Origin: Octopus sinensis
Taxonomy: Eukaryota
DNA: 64,000 bases
Reading direction: 5' to 3'
Assembly: GCF_006345805.1 (NCBI RefSeq)
Contig: NC_043002.1
Location: 63,488,001-63,552,000, forward strand
The notes under the pieces are model-generated. The model saw only the letters and a program-made list of their open reading frames with translations, had not been told where the DNA came from and did not search any database. This document shows positions 13,167 to 25,812 of the stretch, piece by piece; position 1 is the stretch's first letter; every line of letters begins with the position of its first letter. The position numbers were made by a program, and so were the translations under genes.

Positions 13167-13568
13167 GGTGGCTGTGTCGTCAGTAGCTTGTTTACCAACC
13201 ACATGGTTCTCGGTTCAGTCCCACTGCGTGGCGCCTTGGCCAAGTGTCTTCTACTATAGCCTAGGGCCGACCAAAGCCGTCTGAGTGGATTTGGTAGGCG
13301 GAAACTGAAAGAAGCCCATCGTATATATTATATATATATATATATATGTATGTATGTGTATAAGTTTGTGTCTCTGTGTTTGTCCCCCTAACATCGCTTG
13401 ACGACCGATGCTGGTGTGTTTACGTCCCCGTAACTTAGCGGTTCGGCAAAAGAGACCGACAAAATAAGTACTATGCTTATAAAGAATAAGTCCTAGGGTT
13501 GATTTGCTCGACTAAAGACGATGCTCCAGTATGGTCACAGTAAAATTACTAAAACAAGTAAAAGAGTA
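13167..13568 (+). mobile_element. tRNA-derived SINE family S2 with internal (TA)/(TG) microsatellite
   Basis: GGTTCAGTCCCACTGCGTGG B-box region, GGCCAAGTGTCTTCTACTATAGCC central block, tail ...GCTCCAG.ATGG...ACAAGTAAAAGAG. Confidence 0.9.
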
Positions 13569-13949
13569 CTAGTTGAGAACTAGGGTCGATGTAATCGACT
13601 TACTCCTCCATCAAAATTGCCGGCCCTGTGCCAAAATTGGAAACCAATATCATCATCATCATCATCATCATGGTAGTTATCGCTGTCGTCCCTGTCGTTG
13701 ATGCTTAGTAGTATTTCGCCAGTCACTACATTTTGAGTTCAAATTCCGCCGAGGCCGTCTATATATATATAATTTTATAAGAATTTATCAAGTAGTTAGC
13801 GTGAAAAACCTCATAAGAGAAAATAATCCATAATTTTTTCTCTTAAATATATTTATTTTTATTGAGGGCATTACTATACATAAATGTCACACGCTAGGAG
13901 GGGATCTTAAAGTCAAAACTACCAAAATATATAAACACATAGTCCCTCC

Positions 13950-14610
13950 TAGCGATTCCGATAGATGGGACTCATTTGGCCCGGAAGGCAACCCATCTAA
14001 GAGAAGGAAAACTATACTGCGTTGTGTCGAAACGCAACATGGTGAAGGATTGGAGAGAAAATCCTGTGGAAATATCCGGAGCTGGAATCCCGATGATAGT
14101 TTGAAGTTGTACTCAACCTCTTTCTGACAACTCCTGAGATACACCGATCCCAAGCTGTACCGCCCTCTGCCTTTCCGTTGCATACTCTCGGTGATTTAGG
14201 GATGGTGGACCTGTCTCATAGGCAACTGCAAGTCTTCCACAAAAACTGCCCATGCCTATGCCCTGGAAAGGACACTCCAGAGTTGCGATTCGCGATGGAA
14301 TAACACGGAAAACAGCAGTTACCGGTGATAAGTATTCGCTCAATTAACGTCTTACTGGATAGCTACCGCCCACTTCAACCTGGGATGCCCCCACCCAAAA
14401 AGATCACGTACGTCAGACAGCAGAGAACAGACGGAGCCGCAGGAAGAACGAACTACCAACAAACGACCAATCGACATCCCACATTTGCGACCGTTGCAGC
14501 TTGTGACTGTCACTCACGCATTGGCCTTGTCAGTCACAAGCGATGCGGCAACACCAATCCAATCCAAGGCGCAGATCCATAGTCTTTCGAGAGACTAACA
14601 GATGCCAATC
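13950..14610 (+). mobile_element. RTE-clade LINE derivative (3' end, preceded by probable 5'-UTR-like sequence)
   Basis: ORF 14325-14582 ends in CDCHSRIGLVSHKRC (RTE C-terminal CCHC motif), then CCATAGTCTTTCGAGAGACT...GATGCC, typical of an RTE 3' UTR. Confidence 0.7.
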
Positions 14611-15053
14611 TATATACTCTTCATGTTACATACTAAGAGAATAGAACTTCTGCACTAAGAGACTGTATATAAGTTAGCTGCATTGCTATAATTCCTTTCA
14701 TTATTGGCATATTCTAAGTAAAAATATTCAGATTAAATCTCAGACAAAGATGTATATCTTTGGCGATAAAATAGCCATATACTTCGCGAAATATTTGAAT
14801 TGTTCAACATACCTATCTTTTAATATAATTTATGGAATTCTATTCAATATTCTGTTATCGACTTTATCGCACAGCTCATGACTTACTAAAAGCTACGTAT
14901 ATGAGAAATGAGTTTCAGGTTATCAGCCTGGTCATTCGTCGCACATGCATACAAACATCGAATATCACTACATAATCAAACTTACCATGCATACCAGTTG
15001 ACTCTATGTCTTCTCATTTTCTCTCTCTTCTTCTTTCTCATCTTCCTGTGTGC

Positions 15054-15125
<72 letters not shown>

Positions 15126-15155
15126 TATTACATATATATATACATATATATATAC

Positions 15156-15218
<63 letters not shown>

Positions 15219-15271
15219 TACATACATATATATAATATTATATATATATATATATATACACAGATACATAC

Positions 15272-15312
<41 letters not shown>

Positions 15313-15358
15313 GATACATACATATATATATATATACACAGATACATACATATATATA

Positions 15359-15401
<43 letters not shown>

Positions 15402-16104
15402 AATATGTAAGTGTGTGTGTGTGTAAGTACGTGTTGGCATACACACACACAGAACACACTCACACACATATATATATATATATAGCAATGTATGTTTTCC
15501 TCTCCGTCCCTTGCAGCCACTCCACTCTACTAGTATTACTCTCACACGCGCCCTCCCTCAGTCCACTTTGTATTTATATACACATCAATGCGTATGTAAG
15601 AGCGTATGGGTGCAACAGCATGAAGAGTGTAAAATCGACGTATGGTAACTGTTAAAATTACAAGAGATTTTTAAGTACACTCTACTTATTCGTTAACTGT
15701 TCATAATTCAGTCACGAACCGTGTTTACTTGTGCATACGTGTAACCGCAATGACTAAGTCAGGCGCACTCGTTTTCTAAGAAACAAAAAAAGCAAAAGGA
15801 GAAAAAAAGGAATAAAAAATGTAATTTAGTTTGTTGTTAAATTATTTTCAGAAAGCGTTCATGTATGTACGTCTACATTGGCAGAATTTTTACAATGTGG
15901 GAGGAAAAGAAATTTCTGTTCGGTATTTTTTCCGGCACACTGATTAGTGAGTTCAAATCCCGCTATATCTGCTGTCCTTCCGAGAACGATGAAGCAGAGT
16001 AGAGAATAAGACCAGGGGTCTAATAATCCATCTCCACTTTCAAAGTAGCTTCCTCATTGTTTAATATTATCACTGTCTTGTGATTTCAAATAATCAATTT
16101 TTTT

Positions 16105-17066
16105 TTTGCCCACAGGGGGCTACTAAGCATAGAGAGGACAAACAAGGACGGACATAGGGATTAAGTTGATTACATCGACCCCAGTGCGTAAATACTGTTT
16201 ATTTCATCGACCCTGAAAGGGGGAAAGGCAAAGTTGACCTCGGCGGAATTTGAACTCAGAACGTAGAAACAGACGAAATACCTATTTCTTTACTACCCAC
16301 AAGGGGCTAAACACAGAGAGGACAAACAAGGACAGACAAACGGAATAAGTCGATTATATCGACCCCAGTGCGTAACTGGTACTTATTTAAACGACCCCGA
16401 AAGGATGAAAGGCAGAGTCGACCTCGGCGGAATTTGAACTCAGAACATAGCGGCAGACGAAATACCTATTCTTTCACTACCCACAAAGGGCTAAATACAG
16501 AGAGGGCAAACAAGGACGGACATAGGGATTAAGTTGATTACATCGACCCCAGTGCGTAAATACTGTTTATTTCATCGACCCTGAAAGGGGGAAAGGCAAA
16601 GTTGACCTCGGCGGAATTTGAACTCAGAACGTAGAAACAGACGAAATACCTATTTCTTTACTACCCACAAGGGGCTAAACACAGAGAGGACAAACAAGGA
16701 CAGACAAACGGAATAAGTCGATTATATCGACCCCAGTGCGTAACTGGTACTTATTTAAACGACCCCGAAAGGATGAAAGGCAGAGTCGACCTCGGCGGAA
16801 TTTGAACTCAGAACATAGCGGCAGACGAAATACCTATTCTTTCACTACCCACAAAGGGCTAAATACAGAGAGGGCAAACAAGGACAGACAAGCGGATGAA
16901 GAGGTTTATATCGACCCCAGTGTGTAACTGGAATTTAATTTATCGACCCCGAATTGATGAAAGGCAAAGTCGACCTCGGCGGAATTAGATCTCAGAACGT
17001 AAAGGCAGGCGAAATACCACTAAGCAATTCGCCCGGCGTGCTAACGTTTCTGCCAGCTCACCCCCT
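16105..17066 (-). repeat. Tandem array of SINE S1: one headed unit plus four head-less ~184-bp units, 368-bp higher-order period
   Basis: ACGTAGAAAC at 16261 and 16629, and CAGAACATAG at 16441 and 16809, both offsets 368 bp; junction GAAATACCTATT(T)C(T)TT repeated. Confidence 0.92.
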
Positions 17067-17629
17067 TTTGTGATTTCAAATGATATCGCCAAACTGATTC
17101 TGTAGAGGATTTCTATTTACCAAGCTTTATTTGGAAAATATAGTGTTTGGGATAATTCCACTACCTGCAGACTTTTGAAGCGATGTAATCTCTGAAAATG
17201 TTTCTTCTCGACGAAGAATAATCAACTCTGAACGGCAATAGTTTAGTTGAAGTAACAAAGGAATGAGACATTTGCCATTTAGGTGAACCGAGAAACGGTA
17301 GCAATAACAAAGAAGAATAAGAAACACAAATAACTATCGATAATGCCTGATCTCCACTATATACAACTCGAAATCATTGTTTAAGGTCTTGTGTATTGCA
17401 ATGAAGTCAGAACTTGCTAGCATAATCGTGAAAACGTAGAATTGTGCAATTCGGTGCATATCTAACTACAGAAAATATTTCACTAGATACATCATAGAGT
17501 GAAAGTATTGAAAACTGCTTTCAGTGGGCCTAGATCATTTTCTATTCATCAAATCATTAGATGCGGACGACTCAATTCATAGCCGGTATTATCAGAGCGT
17601 TAAAATTCAGTTATTTTCCAAGGGTTAGA

Positions 17630-18080
17630 GCTTATGAATGAGTAAACCTCTGTACTCCATGGTCAAGCATTTCGGTCACAGAACCACTTGGCATAGGTAT
17701 TCTCCAAACATCTCCTGACGGCTGCACTGATTCTTGAGCTATTTTTGTTAATGGGGAGCTTACAGTACGAAATGGGATCATGTCAGAGGCATATGTGAAC
17801 AACGTAAATATATAGGTGCTTGATAAATTGGAGGTCAGTGATGACGGCACATTTCTAAATGATGTTGGAGAAGCGTGTGAATATCAGCGGACTGCTACAT
17901 GTTATTGTTTGCATCTTGGATTGAGCTGCCAATTGTGCTTCTTATGCTAATCTGGAGAAGAGCTTCTTGTGGGATTTATGACAAGAGATATACTGTAGGC
18001 AACTGCAAAGGTTACATATTTCCTCTTTGAGCAACTGACGGTTGAGAAAATGGAACAAATCTAATCGCAAACGCCAGGTA
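17630..18080 (+). pseudogene. Highly decayed non-LTR RT fragment, possibly L1/Tx1
   Basis: AYVNNV resembles AYADDV, preceded by LILELFL resembling LALEPLL; many stops and frameshifts. Clade assignment is weak. Confidence 0.4.
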
Positions 18081-18541
18081 AGGTGAATACAGAAGTACTT
18101 TTCAGACAAAGACTCCTGCACTTGTGGCCAGAGTTACCATGGGTGTGTAGTAAATACTGTCATTATCGATGTGTTATATATAAATCAATCTAATGATCAT
18201 TTATATAGATCATATAATGTATCTTCATGTATGAATATAATGGGTTAAGGATTCAAACAGGAAAATTCACGGGGAGGAGACAACCAAGATTATTTTTGGA
18301 TTATTTTGGAATGCTGGGCACACTGCTCTGCGTAAACTAGAGGGGGATATTACGCATGGAAATAACACTTTTCCAAATATAATACAGGATTGCAAATTTG
18401 TCCGTGTTGTATTAGGTTTTATTTGACAAAATCTAGGTCACCATTTTTTGTTTTGCATAGAAGAAATTACACTCTTTTACAGATCACATACGAAAGTTAA
18501 CTAGAGTGATAATTAGTAATTACAATAGTTTTATACACACT

Positions 18542-18915
18542 AGTGTGGAAGCGCAATATTTAGGGCTGCGGACTAGCGGGCGTAGGATTTCGGTTTCGAT
18601 TCCCATACCGGCCGTTGTGAGTGTTTATTGATCAAAAACACCTAAAGTGGATCCGGCAGGTGGTGGTGGAGATGAACCCTGCTGTACTCTTTCACTACAA
18701 CTTTCTTTCAAACTTTCTTCCTCTTTCTGTTGTACCTGTATTTCAAAGGGGCCAGCCTTGTCACATTCTGTGTCACACTGAATCTCTATGAGAATTACAT
18801 TAAGGGTGCACCTGTCTGTGGCGTGTTCAGCCACTTACAGATTAATTTCGCGAGTAGTTTGTTTCGTTGATCGGATAAACTGGAACGCTCGTCGTCGTAA
18901 TCGACGGAGTGCCGT
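18542..18915 (+). mobile_element. SINE S4 copy flanked by 121-bp direct repeats
   Basis: Head matches 7319 copy; its 3' part matches 26880-27075 (-). Confidence 0.8.
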
Positions 18916-19833
18916 TGGGTTGTATTTGACTAAAACTAGGTCACCGCTTTTTGTTCTGCATAGAAGAAATTTGACCCTTTTACAGGTCAGATACAAATGT
19001 TAACTAGGTTGATAATTAATAATTACAATAGTTTTATTCACACCAATGATTCAAAATTAAGATACAATTATTAATATGCAATGTGATATTAAAATTAGAG
19101 AATCATGTCACTATTTGAATGATTATGAATAAAGTTTTCGTGCAAAAGAGATTTATAAGTGTGTGTTTATGGCTAAGTGGTATCTATATTTAGAACGATT
19201 GGATCGATTAAAAAATGAATTATATCAAAAAAAAAAATTTCCAATCGAAACAAAAGCACTTTCAATGTCAATCGACTGGAAAATTTTGACTCAGACACAG
19301 AAGCACAAGCATAAGTGTGCACGCGCACACACACATACACTCGCACAGTCACACAGACACACACAAAATAAGAGAGAAAGTGAAAGAACGAAAGAGAGAG
19401 ACAGACAGACAGATAAAGAAAGAGAGAGCGAAGGCCGGAATATTCAGATATATTCATGTTTATATATATATGTGTGCGTGTGTGTGTTTATGTGAGTGTG
19501 TGTATGTGTGTGTGTGCGTGCGTGTATATATATGTACGAAGCCATACATCCGGGCACATATTGATACATGCTTATGCGAGAGAAGCGACATCGAAAATTA
19601 ACCACAACTGTTAATCTCCAGATATTTAATTTGGATTAGGATAAAGATTACGGCTTACAAGAATCATACTATTACCAAGTATGTCAGATATGTAAGTGAG
19701 TATGTGTGTGTGTATGTGTATACATATAGGTATGCAAGAATATATCCAAATATACGAGTTTGTATATAAGTATTATAGATGTATGTATGCATACATATAT
19801 GTATATATATATATGTGTGTGTGTGTGTGTGCA

Positions 19834-19888
<55 letters not shown>

Positions 19889-19916
19889 ATATATAATATA
19901 TATATATATTATATAT

Positions 19917-19961
<45 letters not shown>

Positions 19962-20701
19962 CATATATATATTTCTATATATATATATATATACATATAT
20001 ATATTTCTATTAACCCTTTCACGTTTATTCGTTCATTCCACTCTTCGTTCTTTCCTTCCCCTCCCTCCCATTTATTTGCCTTCTTTTCTTACTCACTTTT
20101 CACTTCACTATGTCCCTGTCATTTTTTCGCCCCCCTACTTAATGATTCTGTCCATCTGCTTCTACAACTCTCTCTCTCCTCTCTCTCCCCTCCTTAATTC
20201 TTTTGTACCTCTTTCTATCTCTCTTCTCCTCCCACGTGACCGATAGGCCAAACTGCTAGCTCTCTTTTTGGGTCTGACCGTGGTTAGTGCAACATCGATA
20301 TTCTTCCGTGTGTTTGTGAAATTTTTGTATCTCTAACGTAAGGCTTCATTTCCACACACGCCAGCTGAATTCAATTCGTCACCAGTCGAAAGACACCTGT
20401 TATTATTATTTTTATTGTATTTACGTTGTAGTTATATTTTTATATATATACATATATATGAGTGAGAATGAGAAAATTTAACAATCTAGTAAAAAAATAT
20501 AATTGTCCTTTTGTTATAATAAATCTCTGAGCGAGTTATAAACAGTAGCTGCCCGTCATCGGGAAGTATATTTTTTCCACTTAAATGTGGCTAACCTTGA
20601 AGGGTGGATGCCACTGCAGCTTGTAGCCCCAGGAGGACACCTTCTCCAGCTGGCTATTGACACACTTTCTATGCCCTAACAGTATTTGCAAAGGGAAGGC
20701 A

Positions 20702-20799
20702 TCCTTCCCATCTTCAATCTGACATGATACACACGGACTCGGGTTTCTGGGTTGAAATTCGAGTCCGTGTGTATCATGTCGGATTGAAGATGGGAAGGA
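20702..20799. repeat. Foldback hairpin, 40-bp arms
   Basis: TCCTTCCCATCTTCAATCTGACATGATACACACGGACTCG versus its reverse complement at 20760-20799; one T/C difference. Confidence 0.92.
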
Positions 20800-20828
20800 C
20801 GATGATGATGATGATGATGATAATAATG

Positions 20829-20864
<36 letters not shown>

Positions 20865-20944
20865 TAATAATATAATAATAATAATAATAACAACAATAAT
20901 AATAATAATAATAATCCTTTATAGTAATAATAATAATAAAGAAC

Positions 20945-21115
20945 TCAGGCCTGAAATTTAGAGGCAGGGCACTTGTCAATTACGTCGTCCCCAATGTTTC
21001 ACTGGTACTTAATTTAACGACCCCGGAAGAATGAAAAGCAGCAAAGCCGATCTCGGCGAGATTTGAACTCAGAACGTAAACACGGACGAAATGCAGCTAA
21101 GCGTTTTGTCCAGCA
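20945..21115 (-). mobile_element. SINE S1, diverged copy
   Basis: GACCCCGGAAGAATGAAAAGC...CTCGGCGAGATTTGAACTCAGAACGT matches S1 body. Confidence 0.75.
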
Positions 21116-21539
21116 TGTACATCGTTAATATAGCCATCATCGTACCGAATAGATCAACATCCTCTTAATCCTTCCGTGTTTTGTAAAATGATTACCAGTC
21201 TAATAACGAAAGGTTTATAATCGGCTAAAGCAACCCCTCCCTCACACTGTTCTCTCGCTTTTGGCCTTGGCCTCATCCGTATCACTGACACCTTCCCCAC
21301 CATCATGTATGCCATGATCGTGATCTTCATCTCTGTCATGACCACCATCATCAACCTCATTATCGCCATTATATTATCATCATTGTCATCGTTGTCGTCG
21401 CGCTGGTCGTCGTCGACGGCATTATCCTCATCAACATGAAGGTAGTGTTGGTCGCCGTCGTCGTCGACGACGTCATCATCGTCATCATCATATCCATTTT
21501 CTAACTTTTGTTTTTGCATTACAACTACAACTATTTCTG

Positions 21540-21895
21540 GGGTGCAAATAAACGGAGCCTAGTATACCCATAATGATTACTCGTACTTGATAAGAGTACC
21601 CCAGAGACATGCATCACAACTATATATGCACGACACAGGGGTTTCGTATCAAGATAGACAGCGTATAAATTCGCAATTAGGGCCCAGTTAGTTTTCTTCA
21701 GGTCGAGTCGTCCATCCCACACAAAAGGTCCCATGTTTCCAGAAGCGAATCATTCAAACACCAAAGAATCCCTCAAAACACATGATTATGATGCTGCCCC
21801 GCCACCCCTGCTTGTATTCAGGGCTGCACTTATTGTCAGCCACAAAGGGACATGCTCAGCTATTTAAGGTCAAACAATTGACCAGAAAATCTGTA
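21540..21895. repeat. Unclassified dispersed repeat, copy 1
   Basis: Shares blocks with 23690-24095 (GCATCACAAC...TCAAGATA.ACAG...TTTTCTTCAGGTCGAGT...CATGCTCA). Confidence 0.7.
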
Positions 21896-21989
21896 ATATA
21901 GCGTAGACTTTTTGGACTCGTTCAGTAGGTGAATGATATCAGGAAGGTTAGGTTACGTTTTACGTCTGTATATATTGGCATATCCTATG

Positions 21990-22990
21990 TGAGTTTCACC
22001 TGATCATTCTCTGCTAATTGTGCAGGCTGGCTCTCATACCACATGTGGGAATATTCTACTCCACACTACTTGCAAAACTCCGATTGTCATGGCGCTTTAG
22101 TTTTCATTTTGAGCTCGCTATGAGCATCCATTAATTATGTCTGTCTGAGTTGATTTTCCACTTAGTCTACACACAGGCGATGCTCTTGTCTTATCAGTGC
22201 TACATTTGATTGAGTAAAGCTTGTTCTTGAACATCAAAGACCAGTCGTTCCCATTCCTTGTTTAAAAAATATCTTAAATATCTCCAGGATTCATTATCAG
22301 CTTCCTCCACAGTTTCTAAAAGAATCTGCGTAGGAGTAGAAATTTCTCTTTCCATTTGATCCTTTCTCTATTTGTCCTCGTATGATACACCTGGAGGGGT
22401 CCTTTGCGTTGTAATCAAGCACCTCACTCCGTGCAGCCTGCAACATTCCTTCATCAATATTTATCAAAGAGGAAGGTGGCGAGCTGGCAGAAACGTTAGC
22501 ACACCGGGCGAAATTCTTAGCGGTATTTCGTCTGCCGTTACGTTCTGAGTTCAAATTCCGCCGAGGTTGATTTCGCCTTTCATCCTTTCGGGGTCGATTA
22601 AATAAGTATCAGTTACGCACTGGAGTCGATATAATCGATTTAATCCGTTTGTCTTTCCTTGTTTGTCAAAAGAAATTGTAACTTTATCTTGGCGTTCAGC
22701 ATTTGGCCTAGCTGTAAAACATTAAGAAACCTATTACATTCTTTGTAGAATTCTCTTATCCGGACATCATCTGGAAGTTGTACTTTACTGCTTTTCACTT
22801 TTCGCCTTCTCCTTACATTCAATCACAGTGCATTTCTCCCTCCTAGATTGCAGCTGCGTGTCTTCAGAGAAAATTCATAGAAACTGAATAAGGGAATCCA
22901 GTTGACAATTGCTATGACCGTAAAGCTTCAAATCATCCATAAACATCAGGTGATTGATTGGTCTCAGTTGTCTCGGCAACTCACAGGTTT
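21990..22990 (-). pseudogene. R4/Dong-type (RLE) non-LTR retrotransposon fragment A, interrupted by a SINE
   Basis: INHLMFMDDLKLY at 22920-22958 (RT catalytic motif of the LYMDD type); decayed CRVC...IINGCS...RHD zinc-knuckle region near 22090-22190. Confidence 0.75.
22473..22668 (+). mobile_element. SINE S1 inserted in the R4/Dong fragment
   Basis: GGTGGCGAGCTGGCAGAAACGTTAGCAC...GAGTTCAAATTCCGCCGAGG...CCTTTCGGGGTCGATTAAATAAGTA. Confidence 0.92.
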
Positions 22991-23169
22991 CTTGAAAGAT
23001 TCCTCACTTGATGTCGATTTACCTTGCCCAGCTTCCCTTCCACCTGAAAATAAAACTGTCTTCCGATTCTCACACTACTTTGACACAAATGATTTTCGTT
23101 GACAACACAGATCTTGCAGCATCTTATGCGGTCGCTTCCCCATCGTTTCTAGGCATATACAGTCTATCT

Positions 23170-23600
23170 ATGTCGTTTCCCCGGTGTCGTTAATTGACAT
23201 CACTTACCGGGCCTTTCTATCCATAACATAAAGCACGTTATTCCTTCGTCTAACAACTCATTGCTGTGATCTTGTTCTTTTCATTGGGTCGACTTCCCAC
23301 AATTAATCTGCTTTTCCTGAGATACTAATCTCCTTCATTATGTCATACTCTAAAACACCCAGGTACTTATATCCATCAGTATCAGCACCCTTGATTTCCT
23401 CACTGATGGGTAGTTCAGACGATATTACTTTGCCTTTTTATATTATAAGCACACCATATATTTTGGTCTCAAATTCCATCCCAATATACTTCCCGAATAT
23501 CTGCACTGTTGAGATCAGACCGTTCATTTCACGTTAGGTCTGCCCGAATATTTTTTAATAAATCATATATAACAAATGATTTAAATTTTCTCCAATTTTC
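23170..23600 (-). pseudogene. R4/Dong-type RT fragment B
   Basis: Minus-strand translation REMNGLISTVQIFGKYIGMEFE...KGKV...GYKYLGVLEY, the RT segment following LYMDD. Confidence 0.7.
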
Positions 23601-23689
23601 TAGTTGTACTTCGATGTTAATTTCTGCAGTATGTATTTGAGCGTTATCATAAAATTATAAACCACAATGGTGGTAAGCTATCCCATCAT

Positions 23690-24095
23690 GACTACTCGTC
23701 TGATAAGGGTACACCAGGTATATGCATCACAACAGTATGTACGCGACATGGTGATCTCTTATCAAGATAAACAGTGCATGACCTTGCAGGTGGTGCCCAG
23801 TTACAATTTTCTTCAGGTCGAGTAGCCCAACCCGCTCGAGGTGTCTTTGAATAAGCGTTGTTTAAGGATGTTGAATGATACACCCTTATTTCCAGAGGTG
23901 AATCATTCAAACTCCAAAGAATTCCTCTAAACACATGGTTATGATGCTTATCCACTACATCTGCTCCTGCACAGAGATCCACGTATCATCAGCCACCAAA
24001 GGGCATGCTCAACTGGTTATGGTCAAACAACTGACAAGCAAATCTGTGGTATTGAGCAGAATATTTGCTGTAGCCCATCTTTTATACCAAGACAA
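23690..24095. repeat. Unclassified dispersed repeat, copy 2
   Basis: Similar to 21540-21895. Confidence 0.7.
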
Positions 24096-24165
24096 AACAA
24101 TGTACTCGATAACATTACAAAACAATATAGAAGATTTTTATTATTATTATCATCATCATCATCGC

Positions 24166-24221
<56 letters not shown>

Positions 24222-24223
<2 letters not shown>

Positions 24224-24431
24224 TAGTTTTATTTTTATAGCGTGCTTTCACTTCACTACCGAGCGCAGCTCTGTGTGCCTTGGGTATGTGCTGTGATTTG
24301 TTGTGATGCTCTGATGGTTATTGTATGGAAAGTGTTCTGCGTAGGATGTGTGCAGTGCCTAGTAGTGCAATTTTCTGTATGTTATATGTGTTTGTAAGTC
24401 CTGGTGTTTTTGTTATGTATTTGTCTGAATA

Positions 24432-24435
<4 letters not shown>
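24222..24435 (-). mobile_element. 5'-truncated R4/Dong-type 3' end embedded in (TAA)n
   Basis: Minus-strand translation TPGLTNIYNIQKIALLGTAHILRRTLSIQ* (typical RLE-element C-terminus), short 3' UTR, (TTA)n on both sides. Confidence 0.8.
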
Positions 24436-24488
<53 letters not shown>

Positions 24489-24892
24489 CAAGAGTGGCAG
24501 TCACAATCCTTTGGTTGTTGTTTTTAACTAACCTTTGCTTAAGATTATCTTTTTCGTAGAAAGTATCGAAAATGTGTTAGGATTAATTGCTTGGATAATT
24601 AAATCCGGATTAGTTAAATGACGTGTGTCAATTTAGATAAGTAATTATCATTTTATCCAAACGTCTAAGTACTCGGCGCGTTTTTGGTAATATCTGTCAA
24701 TATGTAAGCATATTGTGAAAGTGTATTTCAATATTTGACACGAGGATTTACGGATTTAATTGTCAATTGCCAATTACTTGAAGTGCTAAAAATAGAGTGG
24801 TGAGTACATCGCATGAAAATACCATTTCATAACTTGAAAACGTGTATGTATGCGTTTAGATATATACATATATACATATATATCTCTCTCTC

Positions 24893-25262
24893 TTTTACTC
24901 TTTTACTTGTTTCAGTCATTTGACTGCGGCCATGCTGGAGCACCGCCTTTAGTCGAGCAAATCGACCCCGGGACTTATTCTTTGTAAGCCCATTACTTAT
25001 TCTATCGGTCTCTTTGTCGAACCGCTAAGTTACGGGGACGTAAACGCACCAGCATCGGTTGTCAAGCAATGCTAGGGAGACAAGCACAGACACACAAACA
25101 CACACACACATACATATATATACATATATATATATATATACGACAGTTTCCGTCTACCAAATCCACTCACAGGAAGATACTTGTCCAAGATACCACGCAG
25201 TGGGACTGAACCCGGAACCATGTGGTTGGTTAGCAACCTACTTACCACACAGCCACTCCAAC
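24893..25262 (-). mobile_element. SINE S2
   Basis: Reverse complement of S2 head to tail, including GGCGGTGCTCCAGCATGGCCGCAGTCAAATGACTGAAAC. Confidence 0.9.
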
Positions 25263-25449
25263 GCCTATCTACTTTTCTCTATCACTATATATTCTTATAT
25301 TTATACACACACACGCACACACCCAGTTAGGTAGGCAGATACACAGATATTGATAGAGATCTAAATCTTTTAAAATATATACAGAAATTTCCATATATAT
25401 ATATGTGTGTATGAATATATACGTATCTATTATATATATATATATATAT

Positions 25450-25563
<114 letters not shown>

Positions 25564-25565
25564 CG

Positions 25566-25742
25566 TAGGAGTGGCTGAGTGCTAAGTAGCTTGCTAACCA
25601 ACAACATGGTCCCGGGTTCAGTCCCACTGCGTGGCATCTTGGGCAAGTGTCTTCTTCTATAGCCTCAGGCCGACCAAAGCCTTATGAGTGGATTTGGTAG
25701 ACCGAAACTGAAAGAAACCTGTCGTATATATGTATATATATA

Positions 25743-25812
<70 letters not shown>

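Noticed and set aside
12948-13202. 84-aa charged ORF MVGKQATDD... that looks protein-like, with an apparent CTGACGA...GAAA
   Set aside because: The start and the CTGACGA come from the mutated head of the adjacent S2 SINE, no stem II forms, and there is no recognisable domain. It is probably repeat-derived non-coding sequence.
16105-17066. Regularly spaced repeats suggesting a CRISPR array
   Set aside because: The units are whole ~184-bp SINE bodies without unique spacers, in a eukaryotic context with no cas genes.
21154-21519. Acidic 121-aa ORF
   Set aside because: It is degenerate (GAT/GAC)n triplet simple sequence.
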